NCBI GenBank assembly: GCA_963776245.1
Contig: CAVZLN010000003.1
Span: 928,001-992,000, forward strand
Origin: Candidatus Eiseniibacteriota bacterium
GTDB lineage: Bacteria; Eisenbacteria; RBG-16-71-46
DNA length: 64,000 nucleotides
Reading direction: 5' to 3'
Shown here: piece after piece, positions 1-10,387 of the stretch
Position numbering within the stretch: position 1 is the stretch's first letter
How the letters are laid out: each line of letters begins with the position of its first letter
Notes under the pieces: generated by a model
Databases searched by the model: none
What the model was told of the DNA's origin: nothing
The model's input: the letters and a program-made list of their open reading frames with translations, nothing else
Position numbers and translations under genes: made by a program

Positions 1-2
1 GG

Positions 3-623
3 CTCGACCTGCGGGCGCGCGGGTACGGGGTGCGCGGGCTCGAGCAACGCTATCCCGGGATCGGCGCGGCCCTCGAGCGCGACCCGGCGCCGGCCGCGGC
101 GCGCATCCAGAAACGCGACCTGCCGCTGCTCTACTGGACCGCGGCGGCGTGGGGATCGGCCATCGCGCTCGGCAAGGACCGGCCCGAGCTGCTCGCCGAC
201 CTGCCGGCGATCCGCGCGCTCATCGATCGCGGCCTGCGGCTCGACGAAGGCTTCGAGGGCGGCGCGCTGCACGAGGCGATGATCGTGCTCGAAGCGCTGC
301 CCGAGGGGATGGGCGGTTCGGTGGAGCGCGCGCGCGCGCACTTCCGGCGGGCGGTGGAGCTCTCCCACGACTCGCGGCCCGGGCCCTACGTCACGCTGGC
401 GCAGAGCGTGGCGGTGATGGAGCAGAACCGCCAGGAGTTCCGCACGCTGCTCGAGAAGGCGCTCACGTTCGATCCCGAGCGGGACCCCGCGACCCGCCTC
501 GCCACCATCGTGCTCCAGCGCAAGGCACGGGCCCTGCTCCAGCGACAGGACGAGTTCTTCATCGACGACGCGACCGACGACACCACCGCTCCCGACACCA
601 CGCAGACCCAGGAGAAACGATGA
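3..623 (+). CDS. TRAP transporter TatT component (TPR-like), 5'-truncated by the window edge
   Basis: Frame open from position 3 (LDLRARGYGVRGLE...LLYWTAAAWGSAI...ARAHFRRAVELS...FRTLLEKAL) resembles TatT proteins; stop overlaps the DctP start (ATGA). Confidence 0.8.
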   Translation, partial: LDLRARGYGVRGLEQRYPGIGAALERDPAPAAARIQKRDLPLLYWTAAAWGSAIALGKDRPELLADLPAIRALIDRGLRLDEGFEGGALHEAMIVLEALPEGMGGSVERARAHFRRAVELSHDSRPGPYVTLAQSVAVMEQNRQEFRTLLEKALTFDPERDPATRLATIVLQRKARALLQRQDEFFIDDATDDTTAPDTTQTQEKR

Positions 624-1675
624 GTCTCACCCGCAGGATCCGCCGCGCCGTCCCCTCGCTGGCGCTGTGCGCCGCGCTGCTCGCGCTCGCGTTCGCGCTC
701 GCGCTGGTGCCCGCACCCGCGCGCGCGCAATCGCAGGTGGTCAAGCTCGCCACCCTCGTGCCCGAAGGCTCGGTGTGGGACAAGTCGATGCGCGAGATGG
801 GCGCGGAATGGACGAGCGCCACGCAGGGCCGCGTCATCCTGCGCGTCTACCCGGGCGGGGTGGCGGGCGACGAGCCCGACGTGGTGCGCAAGATGCGCAT
901 CGGACAGCTCCAGGCGGCGGCGGTCACCACCGCGGGGCTCGCCAACATCGATCCGGCGTTCAACGTGTTCAACATCCCGATGTTCTTCGTCTCCTACCCG
1001 GAGCTCTACGCCACGCTCGACAAGCTCGAACCGCTGCTCAAGCAGCGCCTCGAGTCCAAGGGCTTCGTGCTGCTGGCGTGGGGCCACGGCGGCTGGGTGT
1101 ACTTCTTCACCAAGAACCCGGTCGAGACGGTGGAAGGACTGCGCCGGACCAAGATGTTCGTGTGGGCGGGCGACGACCAGATGGTGACGCTGTGGAAGAC
1201 CCTCGGCTTCCGGCCGGTCCCGCTCGCCGCCACCGACATCATGAGCAGCCTGCAGACCGGCATGATCGACTCCTACCCGACCACGCCGCTGCTCGGTCTG
1301 ACGCTGCAGTGGTACCGCCAGACCCCCAACATGGTCGGCATGGGGATGGCGCCGCTGGTCGGCGGCCTGGTGATGACCAAGGCCGCATGGGACCGGATCC
1401 CGCCCGCGGACCAGACCCGGATCCGGGCGGCGTGCGCCAAGATGGAGCGGCGGCTCGAGGTCGAGGTGCCGCGGCAGGACACCACCGCGGTCGCCGAGAT
1501 GCAGAAGCGCGGCCTGCGCGTGAACCCGGTGGTGGGCGAGAACGCGGCGCAGTTCCGTGCCACCGCCGAGCAGTTCGCCGGCGGCATGAAGGGCATCCGG
1601 GTGCCGCCCGAGATCCTCGACGTGGCGCGCCGCGAGCGCGATGCCTACCGCGCGAAGAGCGGCGGCGGGCGCTGA
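620..1675 (+). CDS. dctP: TRAP transporter substrate-binding protein DctP
   Basis: GGAG RBS before ATG 620; signal peptide followed by VKLATLVPEGSVW, YPGGVAGDE, KMRIGQLQAA, LQTGMID. Confidence 0.9.
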   Translation: MSLTRRIRRAVPSLALCAALLALAFALALVPAPARAQSQVVKLATLVPEGSVWDKSMREMGAEWTSATQGRVILRVYPGGVAGDEPDVVRKMRIGQLQAAAVTTAGLANIDPAFNVFNIPMFFVSYPELYATLDKLEPLLKQRLESKGFVLLAWGHGGWVYFFTKNPVETVEGLRRTKMFVWAGDDQMVTLWKTLGFRPVPLAATDIMSSLQTGMIDSYPTTPLLGLTLQWYRQTPNMVGMGMAPLVGGLVMTKAAWDRIPPADQTRIRAACAKMERRLEVEVPRQDTTAVAEMQKRGLRVNPVVGENAAQFRATAEQFAGGMKGIRVPPEILDVARRERDAYRAKSGGGR

Positions 1676-1729
1676 CCCGGGCGGCGGGCGCGCGGCGGGC
1701 GCCCGCGTCGTGCTAATCTCCGCCGCTCG

Positions 1730-3562
1730 ATGACTGCCGACGAATCCCAGCCGCGACACGGTCGCGTGATGACGGCTCTCCGCCGGGTCGAGGGCGGAGT
1801 GCTGGTCACGGCGTTCCTGCTCGCGATGATCCTGCCGCTGATCGATGCGCTCGGCCGGCCGTTCGGCGGCATCGCGATCCCCGGCTCGGCGACCTACCGT
1901 TCCCAGCTCACCCTGTGGCTCGCCTTCCTCGGCGGCGTGCTCGCGGCGCGGGAGGGAAGGCACCTGACGCTCTCGACCGCCGAGGCGGTCGGGCACGCGA
2001 AGGCCCGCGGCGCGGCGCGCCTGTTCTCCTCGTCGGTGGCGGCCGCCGTGTGCGCGGTGCTGTCGTACTCCGCGTGGGGCGTGGTGGGGGCCGACCGCCA
2101 GCAGGGCGAGGTGCTGGCGATCGGGCTCCCGGTGTGGGTGAGCGAATGCGTCATGCCGCTCGCGCTGGCGTTGATCGCGTTCCGCCTGGCGTGGGGCGCG
2201 GCCGAGCGCTGGCGCGGACGGACGGTGGCCTTCGGCGCCATCGCCCTCGCCTTCGGGCTGGGAGCCGTCCCCGCGGTGGGACACGCGCTCTACGTGCCGC
2301 TGCTGGCGGTCATCGTGCTGGCGGCGCTGGTCGGCGCGCCGGTGTTCGTCGCGATGGGCGGGTTCGCGCTGGTGCTGTTCTTCAAGGACTCGGTGCCGGT
2401 GTCCGCGGTGACGGCCGAGGTCTACCGGCTGATGGTCTCGCCCACGCTCCCGGCGATCCCGCTGCTGACCGCCTGCGGCTACCTGCTGGCCGAATCGCAG
2501 GCCTCCCTGCGGCTGGTGCGCTTCTTCCGCGCGCTGTTCGGCTGGATGCCGGGCGGGGTCGCGGTGCTGGTGGCCGCGGTGTGCGCGCTGTTCACCACCT
2601 TCACCGGCGGCTCCGGCATCACCATCATGGCGCTCGGCGGACTGCTCTATCCGATCCTGCGCGATGACGGCTACGAAGAGGGGTTCTCGCTCGGCCTGGT
2701 GACCGCGTCCGGCAGCCTCGGACTGCTGCTGCCGCCCAGCCTGCCGGTGATCCTCTACGCCGTGGTCGCCGGCGTCGCCGCGGACTCCCTGTACCTCGCC
2801 GCGCTGGTGCCCGGGATCCTCCTGATCGTGCTCGTGGCGCTGTACGGGATCAGCGTCGGCCGCAAGGTCCATTCCCGGCGCCAGCCCTTCGTGCTGCGCG
2901 AGGCGCTGGTGTCCGGCTGGGCCGCCAAGTGGGAGCTGTCGGTCCCGTTCCTGGTGGTGGTGCTGTTCGGCACCGGCCTGACCACCATGGTCGAGGCCGC
3001 CGCCGTGGCGTTCGCCTACGCCATCGTGGTGGAGTGCTTCATCACGCGCGACATCCATCCGGTGCGCGACCTGCCGCAGGTGCTGCTCAAGGCCGGCGTG
3101 CTGTGCGGGGCGGTGCTCATCCTGCTGGCGAGCGCGATGGGCCTGACCAGCTGGCTGGTGGACGCCCAGATCCCGAGTGCCCTGCTCACGGCGGTGAGGA
3201 CGCACATCTCCTCGCCGCTGGTGTTCCTGCTGGTCCTCAACGTGGTGTTGCTGGTCCTCGGCAGCGTGCTCGAGATCTACTCGGCGATCGTGATCCTGGC
3301 GCCGATGGTGGCGCCCATCGGGGTCGCGTTCGGCATCGACCCCATCCACCTCGGGGTGGTGTTCCTCGCCAATCTCGAGCTGGGGTTCCTGTTCCCGCCG
3401 GTGGGTCTGAACCTGTTCCTCGCCTCGTCGCGCTTCAACAAGCCGCTGCCCGCGCTCTACCGGCACGTCGTGCCGTTCCTGATCATCCTCGGCGCCGGCG
3501 TGCTGATGATCACCTACATGCCGTGGATGACCACCGGCATCCTCAGACTGCTGGGCAAGTAG
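1730..3562 (+). CDS. TRAP transporter fused small/large permease (DctQM)
   Basis: 610 aa polytopic membrane protein; DctM motifs LPAIPL, FTGGSG, SGSLGLLLPPS, GIDPIHLG, PPVGLNLF after a DctQ-like N-terminus. Start may instead be 1769. Confidence 0.9.
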   Translation: MTADESQPRHGRVMTALRRVEGGVLVTAFLLAMILPLIDALGRPFGGIAIPGSATYRSQLTLWLAFLGGVLAAREGRHLTLSTAEAVGHAKARGAARLFSSSVAAAVCAVLSYSAWGVVGADRQQGEVLAIGLPVWVSECVMPLALALIAFRLAWGAAERWRGRTVAFGAIALAFGLGAVPAVGHALYVPLLAVIVLAALVGAPVFVAMGGFALVLFFKDSVPVSAVTAEVYRLMVSPTLPAIPLLTACGYLLAESQASLRLVRFFRALFGWMPGGVAVLVAAVCALFTTFTGGSGITIMALGGLLYPILRDDGYEEGFSLGLVTASGSLGLLLPPSLPVILYAVVAGVAADSLYLAALVPGILLIVLVALYGISVGRKVHSRRQPFVLREALVSGWAAKWELSVPFLVVVLFGTGLTTMVEAAAVAFAYAIVVECFITRDIHPVRDLPQVLLKAGVLCGAVLILLASAMGLTSWLVDAQIPSALLTAVRTHISSPLVFLLVLNVVLLVLGSVLEIYSAIVILAPMVAPIGVAFGIDPIHLGVVFLANLELGFLFPPVGLNLFLASSRFNKPLPALYRHVVPFLIILGAGVLMITYMPWMTTGILRLLGK

Positions 3563-3731
3563 GACGCGGTCATCGTCCCGCCGCGCGGCCCCGCGACCGC
3601 GCCGGCCCACCCCGCGATGTCCCGCCGGTGCCGCGCGAGTGGGGCGACTTTTCGTGCTCCATCCCGCGGTCGCGCGTGCTAGCCTCGGGCCGCGAGGTCA
3701 CCCGACCGGGTCCACGCCCCGGAGACACGTG

Positions 3732-5694
3732 ATGCGCCGCTGTGGATTCGCGCTCGCCCTGACCGTCGCGTCCGCCCTGACCGTGACACTCACAGGTCCG
3801 GCACGGCCCGCGCCCGCCCCATCCGACTCGCTCGGCCGCGTGCGCACCGCCACGCTGCTCCGCTGGGCGCACGAAGCGCTCGACCGACCCGACATGGAGT
3901 CGCGCCAGCGCGCGATCCGCATGCTCGAGGAGGTGCTGCGGCTCGAGCCCGGCAACGCCGCGGCGTGGCTGGAGCGCGGGCGCGCGCACGAGACTCGGCG
4001 ACTTCGACCGCGAGGCGCGCGCGTGCTACGAGCGCGCGACGCGGCTGGCGCCCGGGGACCCCGAGGGCTTCATGCGCCTCGCGATGGCGTGGCGCCACGA
4101 GTGGCTGCGCTGGCTCGACGCCGCGGCGCTCGACAGCGCGATCACGCACTTCGAGCACGTCATCGAGCTGCGCCCGAACGCCTACGAGGCGCGCCTGCGA
4201 CTGGTGCCGCTCGACTACGAGCGCGGCGACGCGGGCCTCGCCATGCGCGTGGCCGAGCGCGCGGCCGAGGTGCGGCCGCGGCGCGGCGAGCCGGCGATCG
4301 CGGTGGCCTACCTGGCCTACCGGCGGGGCGAGATCGAGCGCGCCGACAGCCTGTTCCGCTGGGCCTACGACCGGTTGCCGCCCGACCTGCGCCGTCGCTT
4401 CGACGATCTCACGCCGATGCTCGGCGACGCGGCGGCGCGCCTCGATTCGATCGCCGCGCCCGAGCGCGCCGGCGAGGTGCGGCGCTTCTGGGCGAACCTC
4501 GACCCCGATCCCACCACGCCGCAGAACGAGGTGCGGCTGGAGTTCTGGTCGCGCGTCACGCACGCGTGGCTGCTGTTCGACGACCCGCGGCGCGCCGGGC
4601 CCGACGCGCGCGCCGACGTGTACGTGCGCTACGGGCCGCCCCGGCAGGCGATGATCAACCCGCCCGGCGTGCCGCTCTACACGCATCACGAGAACCCCGC
4701 CCGCGCCGAAGCGGTGAGTCGCGGCGCCGATCGCGTGTTCTCGGAGTTCCCGCTCGACGCGATGGCGCTGACCTATCCCGAACTGGGCATGCGCATCCTC
4801 CTCCAGGACCGTGCGCTGCATGGGAGCTACGACTGGCCGATGCTGCGCGACGCCGACCCGGCGGCGCTGCCCGATCGCCGGCTGCTCGCGGGGCGCGACG
4901 ACCTGCTCGCGACCGGCGACGGCTTCGCCGTGTTCCCCACGCTGCCGCCACGCGCGCAGCGCATCGAGGTGCGCGGCACGCTGGCGCGCTTCGAGGGCGA
5001 GCGCGGACCGCGGCTGTTCGCCCAGGGGAGCGTGCCCGCGTCACCCGGGGACACGCTGCTGGCGCGCTGGGTGGTGCGCGACTCGAGCGGGCGCGAGCGA
5101 CTGCGGCAGGAACAGGTGCTCGCGACCTCGGTGTGCGATCCCACCGGCCAGCGCATCGCGGAGATCAATGCCGCGCTGCCGCCGGGGACCTTCGACGTCG
5201 CGCTCTCGGTGCGCGACACCCATCACCGGCGCGGGCTCTACCGCGTGCAGGCGGCGCTCGCTGCGCCGCCCGACTCGCTCGCGCTCAGCGACGTGGTGCT
5301 CACCTGCGGCGATCCCACCCTGCTGGTGGAAGGGCACTCGATCCGGCTCGAGGCCGACCGCGAGGCGCGCATCGCGCGCGGCGCGCCGCTGGTGGCGTAC
5401 TTCGAGATCTACCGGCTGGTGGCGGCGCCCGACGGTCTGTCGCGGTTCGAGTACGAGTACACCGTGCGCCGCCTGCGCGAGACCCCCGAGGGGCGCCTGA
5501 AGCCCGAGAACGCCGCCGCGCTCGCCTCGACCTCGGCGAGCCGCGAGGAGACGCAGGCGGAGCGCATGCGGCGCCAGTTCGTGACCGTGCCCGCGCAGGC
5601 ACTGGCGCCGGGTCGCTACCGGCTCGAGATCCGCGTGCGCGATCTCGGCTCCGGCCGCGTGGCGCGGCGCGAGGTGGAGTTCACCAAGGAGTGA
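3732..5694 (+). CDS. Exported TPR + GWxTD-type domain protein, with one apparent frameshift near 3993
   Basis: RBS GGAG and signal peptide from 3732. TPR reads AWLERGRAHE in frame 3, then LGDFDREARACYERATRLAPGDP in frame 1 after one extra base. GWxTD-family-like segment RFWANLDPDPTTPQNE...EFWSRV...DARADVYVRYGPP; Ig-like C-terminus. Confidence 0.7.
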
Positions 5695-5710
5695 GCGCTC
5701 ACGCCGGGGG

Positions 5711-6652
5711 TCACCGCACCGCGACCATCTGCGCCACGGCGCGCTGGCCGGTCTGGGCGAGACGCACCCAGTAGATGCCGGGCTGGAGCCGCGCCCCGGT
5801 CCCCATCGCGATGCGGTGTGGCCCGGCATCCTGCCCGCGCAGCGTGCGCGTGGCGCAGCGACGACCCTGGACGTCGAACACCATGAGCTCGGCCGGTTCG
5901 GCACTGGCGAGCGAGTACCACACCTCGAGATCGCGACCCGACGGGTTCGCCACCGGGCGCACGGCCAGCACGCCGGGAGCCGCGGCCGACGGCGGCGACG
6001 GCGCGCCCGGTCCCGTGGGCCCGGGCGCGTCGGTGTACGCGATCCAGCGGCGCAGGTACCAGTGCTGCGCGTCCGCGATCTGGCCGTGACTCAGGCGGGC
6101 GGCGTCCCCGCGCACCACGTGGAAGACGTGCTGTCCAGGCGAGGTCTCGAGGCGGCGATCGTCGGGCAGATCGATCACGACCCGGAACTGCTCCGCCACC
6201 ACGATCGCGAACTGGTCGGTCGAGTCCGGATGCTCGGGATCCTCCGCCAGGCGCAGCCCCTTCATCTGGAGGTCGAGGGCCTTCGCAGGCGGCATTCCCT
6301 TCGGGCAGCTGGTGTCGGGCGGATCGCTGCCGAACAGACAGCGCGCCGAGACCAGTTCGAAGTCGCGGTCGAAGCCCGTCATGTCCCAGTACCGGCCGGT
6401 CTCGTCGTAGGCGTGGAAGCGATATTCGTCGGTGAGCAGTGCGCCGAACCGCTCCAGGTCCCGCGTGCGGTAGGCCGCCTGGAGCGCACGGACTGCGCCG
6501 GCCGGCTGCGCGGTCGAGACCGAGTCGGACACCGCGGGCGTCACGGGGTTGTCGGGGGTCGCCCGCGCCGGCGTACCGATCCCGACCAGCGCGCACATCA
6601 TGACTCGGGCGAGTGCCGAGTACCGTGAGCCGACCGATGACGTGCGGGCCAT
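5711..6652 (-). CDS. Secreted protein with NTF2/SnoaL-like N-domain and C-terminal FlgD-Ig/T9SS-sorting-like domain
   Basis: AGGAGG RBS before ATG 6652; signal peptide; LQAAYRTRDLERFGALLTDEYRF; C-terminus PVANPS...AELMVFDVQGRRCAT...LQPGIYWVRL. Confidence 0.65.
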   Translation of the reverse strand: MARTSSVGSRYSALARVMMCALVGIGTPARATPDNPVTPAVSDSVSTAQPAGAVRALQAAYRTRDLERFGALLTDEYRFHAYDETGRYWDMTGFDRDFELVSARCLFGSDPPDTSCPKGMPPAKALDLQMKGLRLAEDPEHPDSTDQFAIVVAEQFRVVIDLPDDRRLETSPGQHVFHVVRGDAARLSHGQIADAQHWYLRRWIAYTDAPGPTGPGAPSPPSAAAPGVLAVRPVANPSGRDLEVWYSLASAEPAELMVFDVQGRRCATRTLRGQDAGPHRIAMGTGARLQPGIYWVRLAQTGQRAVAQMVAVR

Positions 6653-6744
6653 GGACGTCCTCCTGTGAGTCGAGCCTCCACCGATCGCGGTGGATCCTCC
6701 GGTACCATCGGGGGGACGGGCCGCGGGCAGCATATCATCCGCTC

Positions 6745-7452
6745 TTACCGGCTGGCGTGACGGCCGCGCACCATCGTGAAGCGCAGCCCCAGCGAGGCCG
6801 ACATCGAGCGGCCCAGCCAGCGGTAGTCCGTTCTCAAGGGCGGCATCAGCGCGTGCGCGTCGTAGAACGACTCCGACACCTGCGCGCACAGCGTCACGCG
6901 CCGCCCCAGCGGCGCGAGGGCGCCGAGGCGCGCGAAGCCACCGGTCATGAAGTTCCTCGGGCCTCTGCCGTTGATGACCTCCTGCGGGCCCGGCCTCAGG
7001 ACCCACGAGCCGTCGTCCCGGACCCACGAGCGGGCCTCACCGTATTCGACGCCCGCACCTGCGAAGGCCGCGCCGCTCACGCCCAGTGGGAACAGCCGGT
7101 CGACTCCGAGCCGCGTGTCCCAGGACACGTCCTCGAGCGTCCCGGAGATGTTGTAGGTCCGTTGCGTCCAGTGCAGCCACGTGCCGCCGAAGTGCCCGGA
7201 GATCCCCACCGTCCAGTGGGGCGTGACCAGATGATCGAGCGAGAAGCGCACGCCGACGTCGCCCCGCGCGCCCGGGCGCGCGTCCCCCGCGCTCATGGTG
7301 TCGAACGTGCGCTGCTGGATCTCAGCCCCGAGCATCCAAGCGCCGCCTCCCGGGCGCTCGGCGGCAGGGCTCGCTGACACGAAGCCGGTCAGGCCGAGGA
7401 CGACGAGCCAGACGCCGACGCAACGCCCGGTCCAGTTGGGGACATCCATCAT
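6745..7452 (-). CDS. Hypothetical exported protein, probable outer-membrane beta-barrel
   Basis: GAGGAGG RBS; signal peptide; alternating beta-strand pattern with terminal SASLGLRF strand. Confidence 0.6.
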   Translation of the reverse strand: MMDVPNWTGRCVGVWLVVLGLTGFVSASPAAERPGGGAWMLGAEIQQRTFDTMSAGDARPGARGDVGVRFSLDHLVTPHWTVGISGHFGGTWLHWTQRTYNISGTLEDVSWDTRLGVDRLFPLGVSGAAFAGAGVEYGEARSWVRDDGSWVLRPGPQEVINGRGPRNFMTGGFARLGALAPLGRRVTLCAQVSESFYDAHALMPPLRTDYRWLGRSMSASLGLRFTMVRGRHASR

Positions 7453-7505
7453 GTTCGGTCCTCCTCTGTCTCCTCCGCGGTGCCGTGGCTCGTGGCAGCC
7501 CGCGC

Positions 7506-8195
7506 TCACACGATCCGTTGCGCGCGCAGCGCCGCGGGAGATCCATCCGCGCGCAGCGGCGGGCCCGGCTGCCAGGCGAACGCCGCGGCATCCTGGCCGT
7601 CGCCGATGCGCGCGTGCCATGCGGCCCCGCCCTCATTCACGCGCACGATCACGTCCGCGGACTGCTCGCTCGCCAACGCCTCCTCGATCGGGCAGCCGGC
7701 GAGCCAGTGGAGCAGCGTGCGGTTGACCGACTGGTGGGCGACGATCGCGGTGGGCGGGGTGGTGCACAGCGGCCCGTCCGCGGCGAGCGCCGCCTGGACC
7801 CGCGCCAGCACGTCGGCGTAGCTCTCGCCGCCGGGCCAGCGGTGGCCCCAGCGGTCGCGCGCGCGCGCCTCGAGCAGGCCGGGGAAGCGCGCCGCCACCT
7901 CGTCGAGCGTGAGCCCGGCGCAATCGCCGAACGACATCTCGGCAAGGCCGTCCCGCATCGCCAGCGGCAATCCGGTGGCGGCGGCCACGCGCCCCGCGGT
8001 GATCCGCGCGCGGCCGATCGGGCTGGCGAGCACACGGGCGACGCCGAGCGCGGCGGCGGCGCGCGCGAGCGCGTCGGCCTGCGCCAGGCCGCGCTCGGTC
8101 AACGGCGAGTCCTCGCGGCCCTGCAGCCGGCCGGCGCGGTTCCACTCGGTCTCACCATGGCGCAGGAGCAGCACGTGCGCCGGCAGGTTCCCCAC
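7506..8195 (-). CDS. Histidine phosphatase (phosphoglycerate mutase-like) family protein
   Basis: LLRHGETEWN...LQGREDSPLT, SPIGRARIT, EMSFG, PGGESY, IVAH motifs; GTG start after GAAAGGA. Confidence 0.9.
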   Translation of the reverse strand: MGNLPAHVLLLRHGETEWNRAGRLQGREDSPLTERGLAQADALARAAAALGVARVLASPIGRARITAGRVAAATGLPLAMRDGLAEMSFGDCAGLTLDEVAARFPGLLEARARDRWGHRWPGGESYADVLARVQAALAADGPLCTTPPTAIVAHQSVNRTLLHWLAGCPIEEALASEQSADVIVRVNEGGAAWHARIGDGQDAAAFAWQPGPPLRADGSPAALRAQRIV

Positions 8196-8428
8196 CTGGT
8201 CCTTTCCACCGCGCCGCGGCCGGCGCGAGACCCGGCGGCCTCCCCGGCGAGCGGCGCCGGGAGGCACTTCCGGGAGGTTCTCTCTCGGCGCGAAGGTAGG
8301 CCGGGCGACCGTCGCGCCACAAGCCGAGCGCCTCGCGCGCGGTGCCGGCCCGTGGTTGCCACACCCGCGAGGGTGCACTACGGTTCGCGCCAGATCGTCG
8401 TCGTCCCCCTCGATCCTTGGAGCCCGCC

Positions 8429-9685
8429 ATGCCGGAGACCGTCCCCGTGAAGACCAGCGTCCTCGAGCGCTTCCTGCGCTACGTCACCGTCGACACCCAG
8501 TCGTGCGAGGACTCCACGACCTATCCCAGCACGCTCAAACAGCTCGTGCTGCTCGACCAGATCGTCGAGGAACTGCGCGCCATCGGGCTCAAGGACGCGG
8601 CGCGGGACGAGCACGGCTACGTGTTCGCCACCATCCCGGCGACCACCACCAAGAAAGACGTGCCGGTGATCGGGTTCATCTCCCACGTGGACACCTCGCC
8701 CGAGGCCTCGGGCACCGGCGTGAAGCCGATCGTGCACGCGAACTGGCAGGGCCAGGATCTGGCGCTGCCCGACGATCCCACCGCGGTGCTGCGCCCGAGC
8801 GAGAACCGCGAGATGCTCGAGCTCCGCGGACACGATCTCATCACCTCCTCGGGCAGCACGCTGCTCGGCGCCGATGACAAGGCGGGATGCGCCGAGATGG
8901 TCGCGGCGGCCGAGTTCCTGATCCAGCACCCCGAGATCCCGCACGGCGCGATCCGGCTGGGGTTCACGCCCGACGAGGAGGTGGGCGCGGGCACCCGGTA
9001 CTTCGACGTGAAGCGCTTCGGTGCGGTGTGCGCGTACACCATGGACGGCGAGTCCCGCGGCCAGATGGACATCGAGACGTTCTCGGCCGACTCGATGACC
9101 ATCACCTTCCAGGGGTTCAACACCCACCCGGGCTTCGCCAAGGGCAAGATGATCAACGCGATCAAGCTGGCGGCCGACTTCATCGGGCGCCTGCCCCAAG
9201 ACCGGCTCTCGCCCGAGACCACCGCGCAGCGCGAGGGCTACGTGCACCCCTACGTGGTCGACGCCTCGGTCGAGCGCACCTCGGTGAAGCTCCTGATCCG
9301 CGACTTCTCGACGCCCCTTCTCAAGGAGAAGGAGGACTTCCTCGAGGCGCTGGCGCGGGCGACGGTGAACGCGTGGCCGGGCGCGTCGGTCACGGTGAAG
9401 GTGGATGAGTCCTACCGCAACATGAAGGAGGTGCTCGACCGTCAGCCGCACATCGCCGAGCACGCGCGCGAGGCCATCCGCCGCGCCGGGCTCGAGGTGC
9501 GCGAATCCGCCATCCGCGGCGGCACCGACGGTTCGCGGCTCTCGTTCATGGGGCTGCCGACCCCCAACGTGTTCGCGGGCGGGCACAACTTCCACTCGCG
9601 GCTCGAGTGGGTGTCGGCCCAGGACATGGAGAAGGCGGTCGAGGTGATCGTGAACATCGCGCGGATCTGGGAGGAGAAGGCGTAG
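8429..9685 (+). CDS. pepT: Peptidase T (M20B tripeptidase)
   Basis: LERFLRYV, SHVDTSP, LLGADDKAG, FTPDEEVG, IRGGTDGSRLSFMGLPTPN, HNFHS. Confidence 0.95.
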   Translation: MPETVPVKTSVLERFLRYVTVDTQSCEDSTTYPSTLKQLVLLDQIVEELRAIGLKDAARDEHGYVFATIPATTTKKDVPVIGFISHVDTSPEASGTGVKPIVHANWQGQDLALPDDPTAVLRPSENREMLELRGHDLITSSGSTLLGADDKAGCAEMVAAAEFLIQHPEIPHGAIRLGFTPDEEVGAGTRYFDVKRFGAVCAYTMDGESRGQMDIETFSADSMTITFQGFNTHPGFAKGKMINAIKLAADFIGRLPQDRLSPETTAQREGYVHPYVVDASVERTSVKLLIRDFSTPLLKEKEDFLEALARATVNAWPGASVTVKVDESYRNMKEVLDRQPHIAEHAREAIRRAGLEVRESAIRGGTDGSRLSFMGLPTPNVFAGGHNFHSRLEWVSAQDMEKAVEVIVNIARIWEEKA

Positions 9686-9859
9686 CGTCGCTGCGCGGCG
9701 CCCCGGATTGGACGAGGGCGGCGGGCGAGGCTACCCTCGCGCGCGTTCTCGAGGCACCCACGGGAGGTTCGGGAGACCGCTTCGCGCACACGGCGCGCAC
9801 GGGGCGGCGGGTGGTAGCGCGGGCCCCTCGCGCGAGTTCAGCGCCGCTGGGAGGTGGGC

Positions 9860-10273
9860 ATGGCATTCCGCATCCGTCGCGTGGACTACTTCTACGCCAA
9901 TATCGTGGACCAGCCGGGCGAGGCGTACCATCTGCTCCACTCGCTCGCCGGCCTGGGGGTGAACCTGCACGCGGTGATGGGCGTGCCGATCGGTCCCGAC
10001 CGCACGCAGATGACCCTGTTCCCCGAGGACAAGGGCAAGCTCACCGAGGCCGCGCGCCACGCGGGGCTGACGCTCGACGGACCGCACTCCGCGTTCCTCG
10101 CGCAGGGCGACGACGAGCTGGGAGCGCTCGCGGCGGTGCACGTGCGGCTCGCCGAGGCCAAGGTCAACGTGTTCGCCTCGACCGGCGTGGCCGACGGCAA
10201 GGGCGCCTACGGATACGTCATCTACGTGCGGCCCGAGGAGTACGAGCACGCGGCGAAGGTGCTCGGGATCTGA
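9860..10273 (+). CDS. ACT-like domain hypothetical protein
   Basis: GGAGG RBS; two ACT-like halves (IVDQPGEAYHLL..LA..GVNL; GDDELGALAAVH..LAEAKVNV). Confidence 0.7.
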   Translation: MAFRIRRVDYFYANIVDQPGEAYHLLHSLAGLGVNLHAVMGVPIGPDRTQMTLFPEDKGKLTEAARHAGLTLDGPHSAFLAQGDDELGALAAVHVRLAEAKVNVFASTGVADGKGAYGYVIYVRPEEYEHAAKVLGI

Positions 10274-10305
10274 GCGCGGCGCATCCGCGCGGCAGGCCGA
10301 CGCCC

Positions 10306-10342
10306 CGACGGGAGACCGCCGGGGCGTCGCCGTCTCCCGTCG
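10306..10342. terminator. GC-rich hairpin between convergent genes, possible bidirectional terminator
   Basis: CGACGGGAGAC (10306-10316) is the reverse complement of GTCTCCCGTCG (10332-10342); no U-tract. Confidence 0.4.
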
Positions 10343-10387
10343 CGAGCTTGATCCGCCTCGCGCACGCCGCCGCGGGAGGGCCTGGAC

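Noticed and set aside
386..3610. 1074-aa minus-strand ORF
   Set aside because: Antisense shadow of the TRAP genes; Arg/Gly/His-rich with no motifs, typical of high-GC DNA.
3980..4010. Programmed frameshift in the GWxTD/TPR gene
   Set aside because: No slippery heptamer; a single extra base is better explained by a sequence error or mutation.
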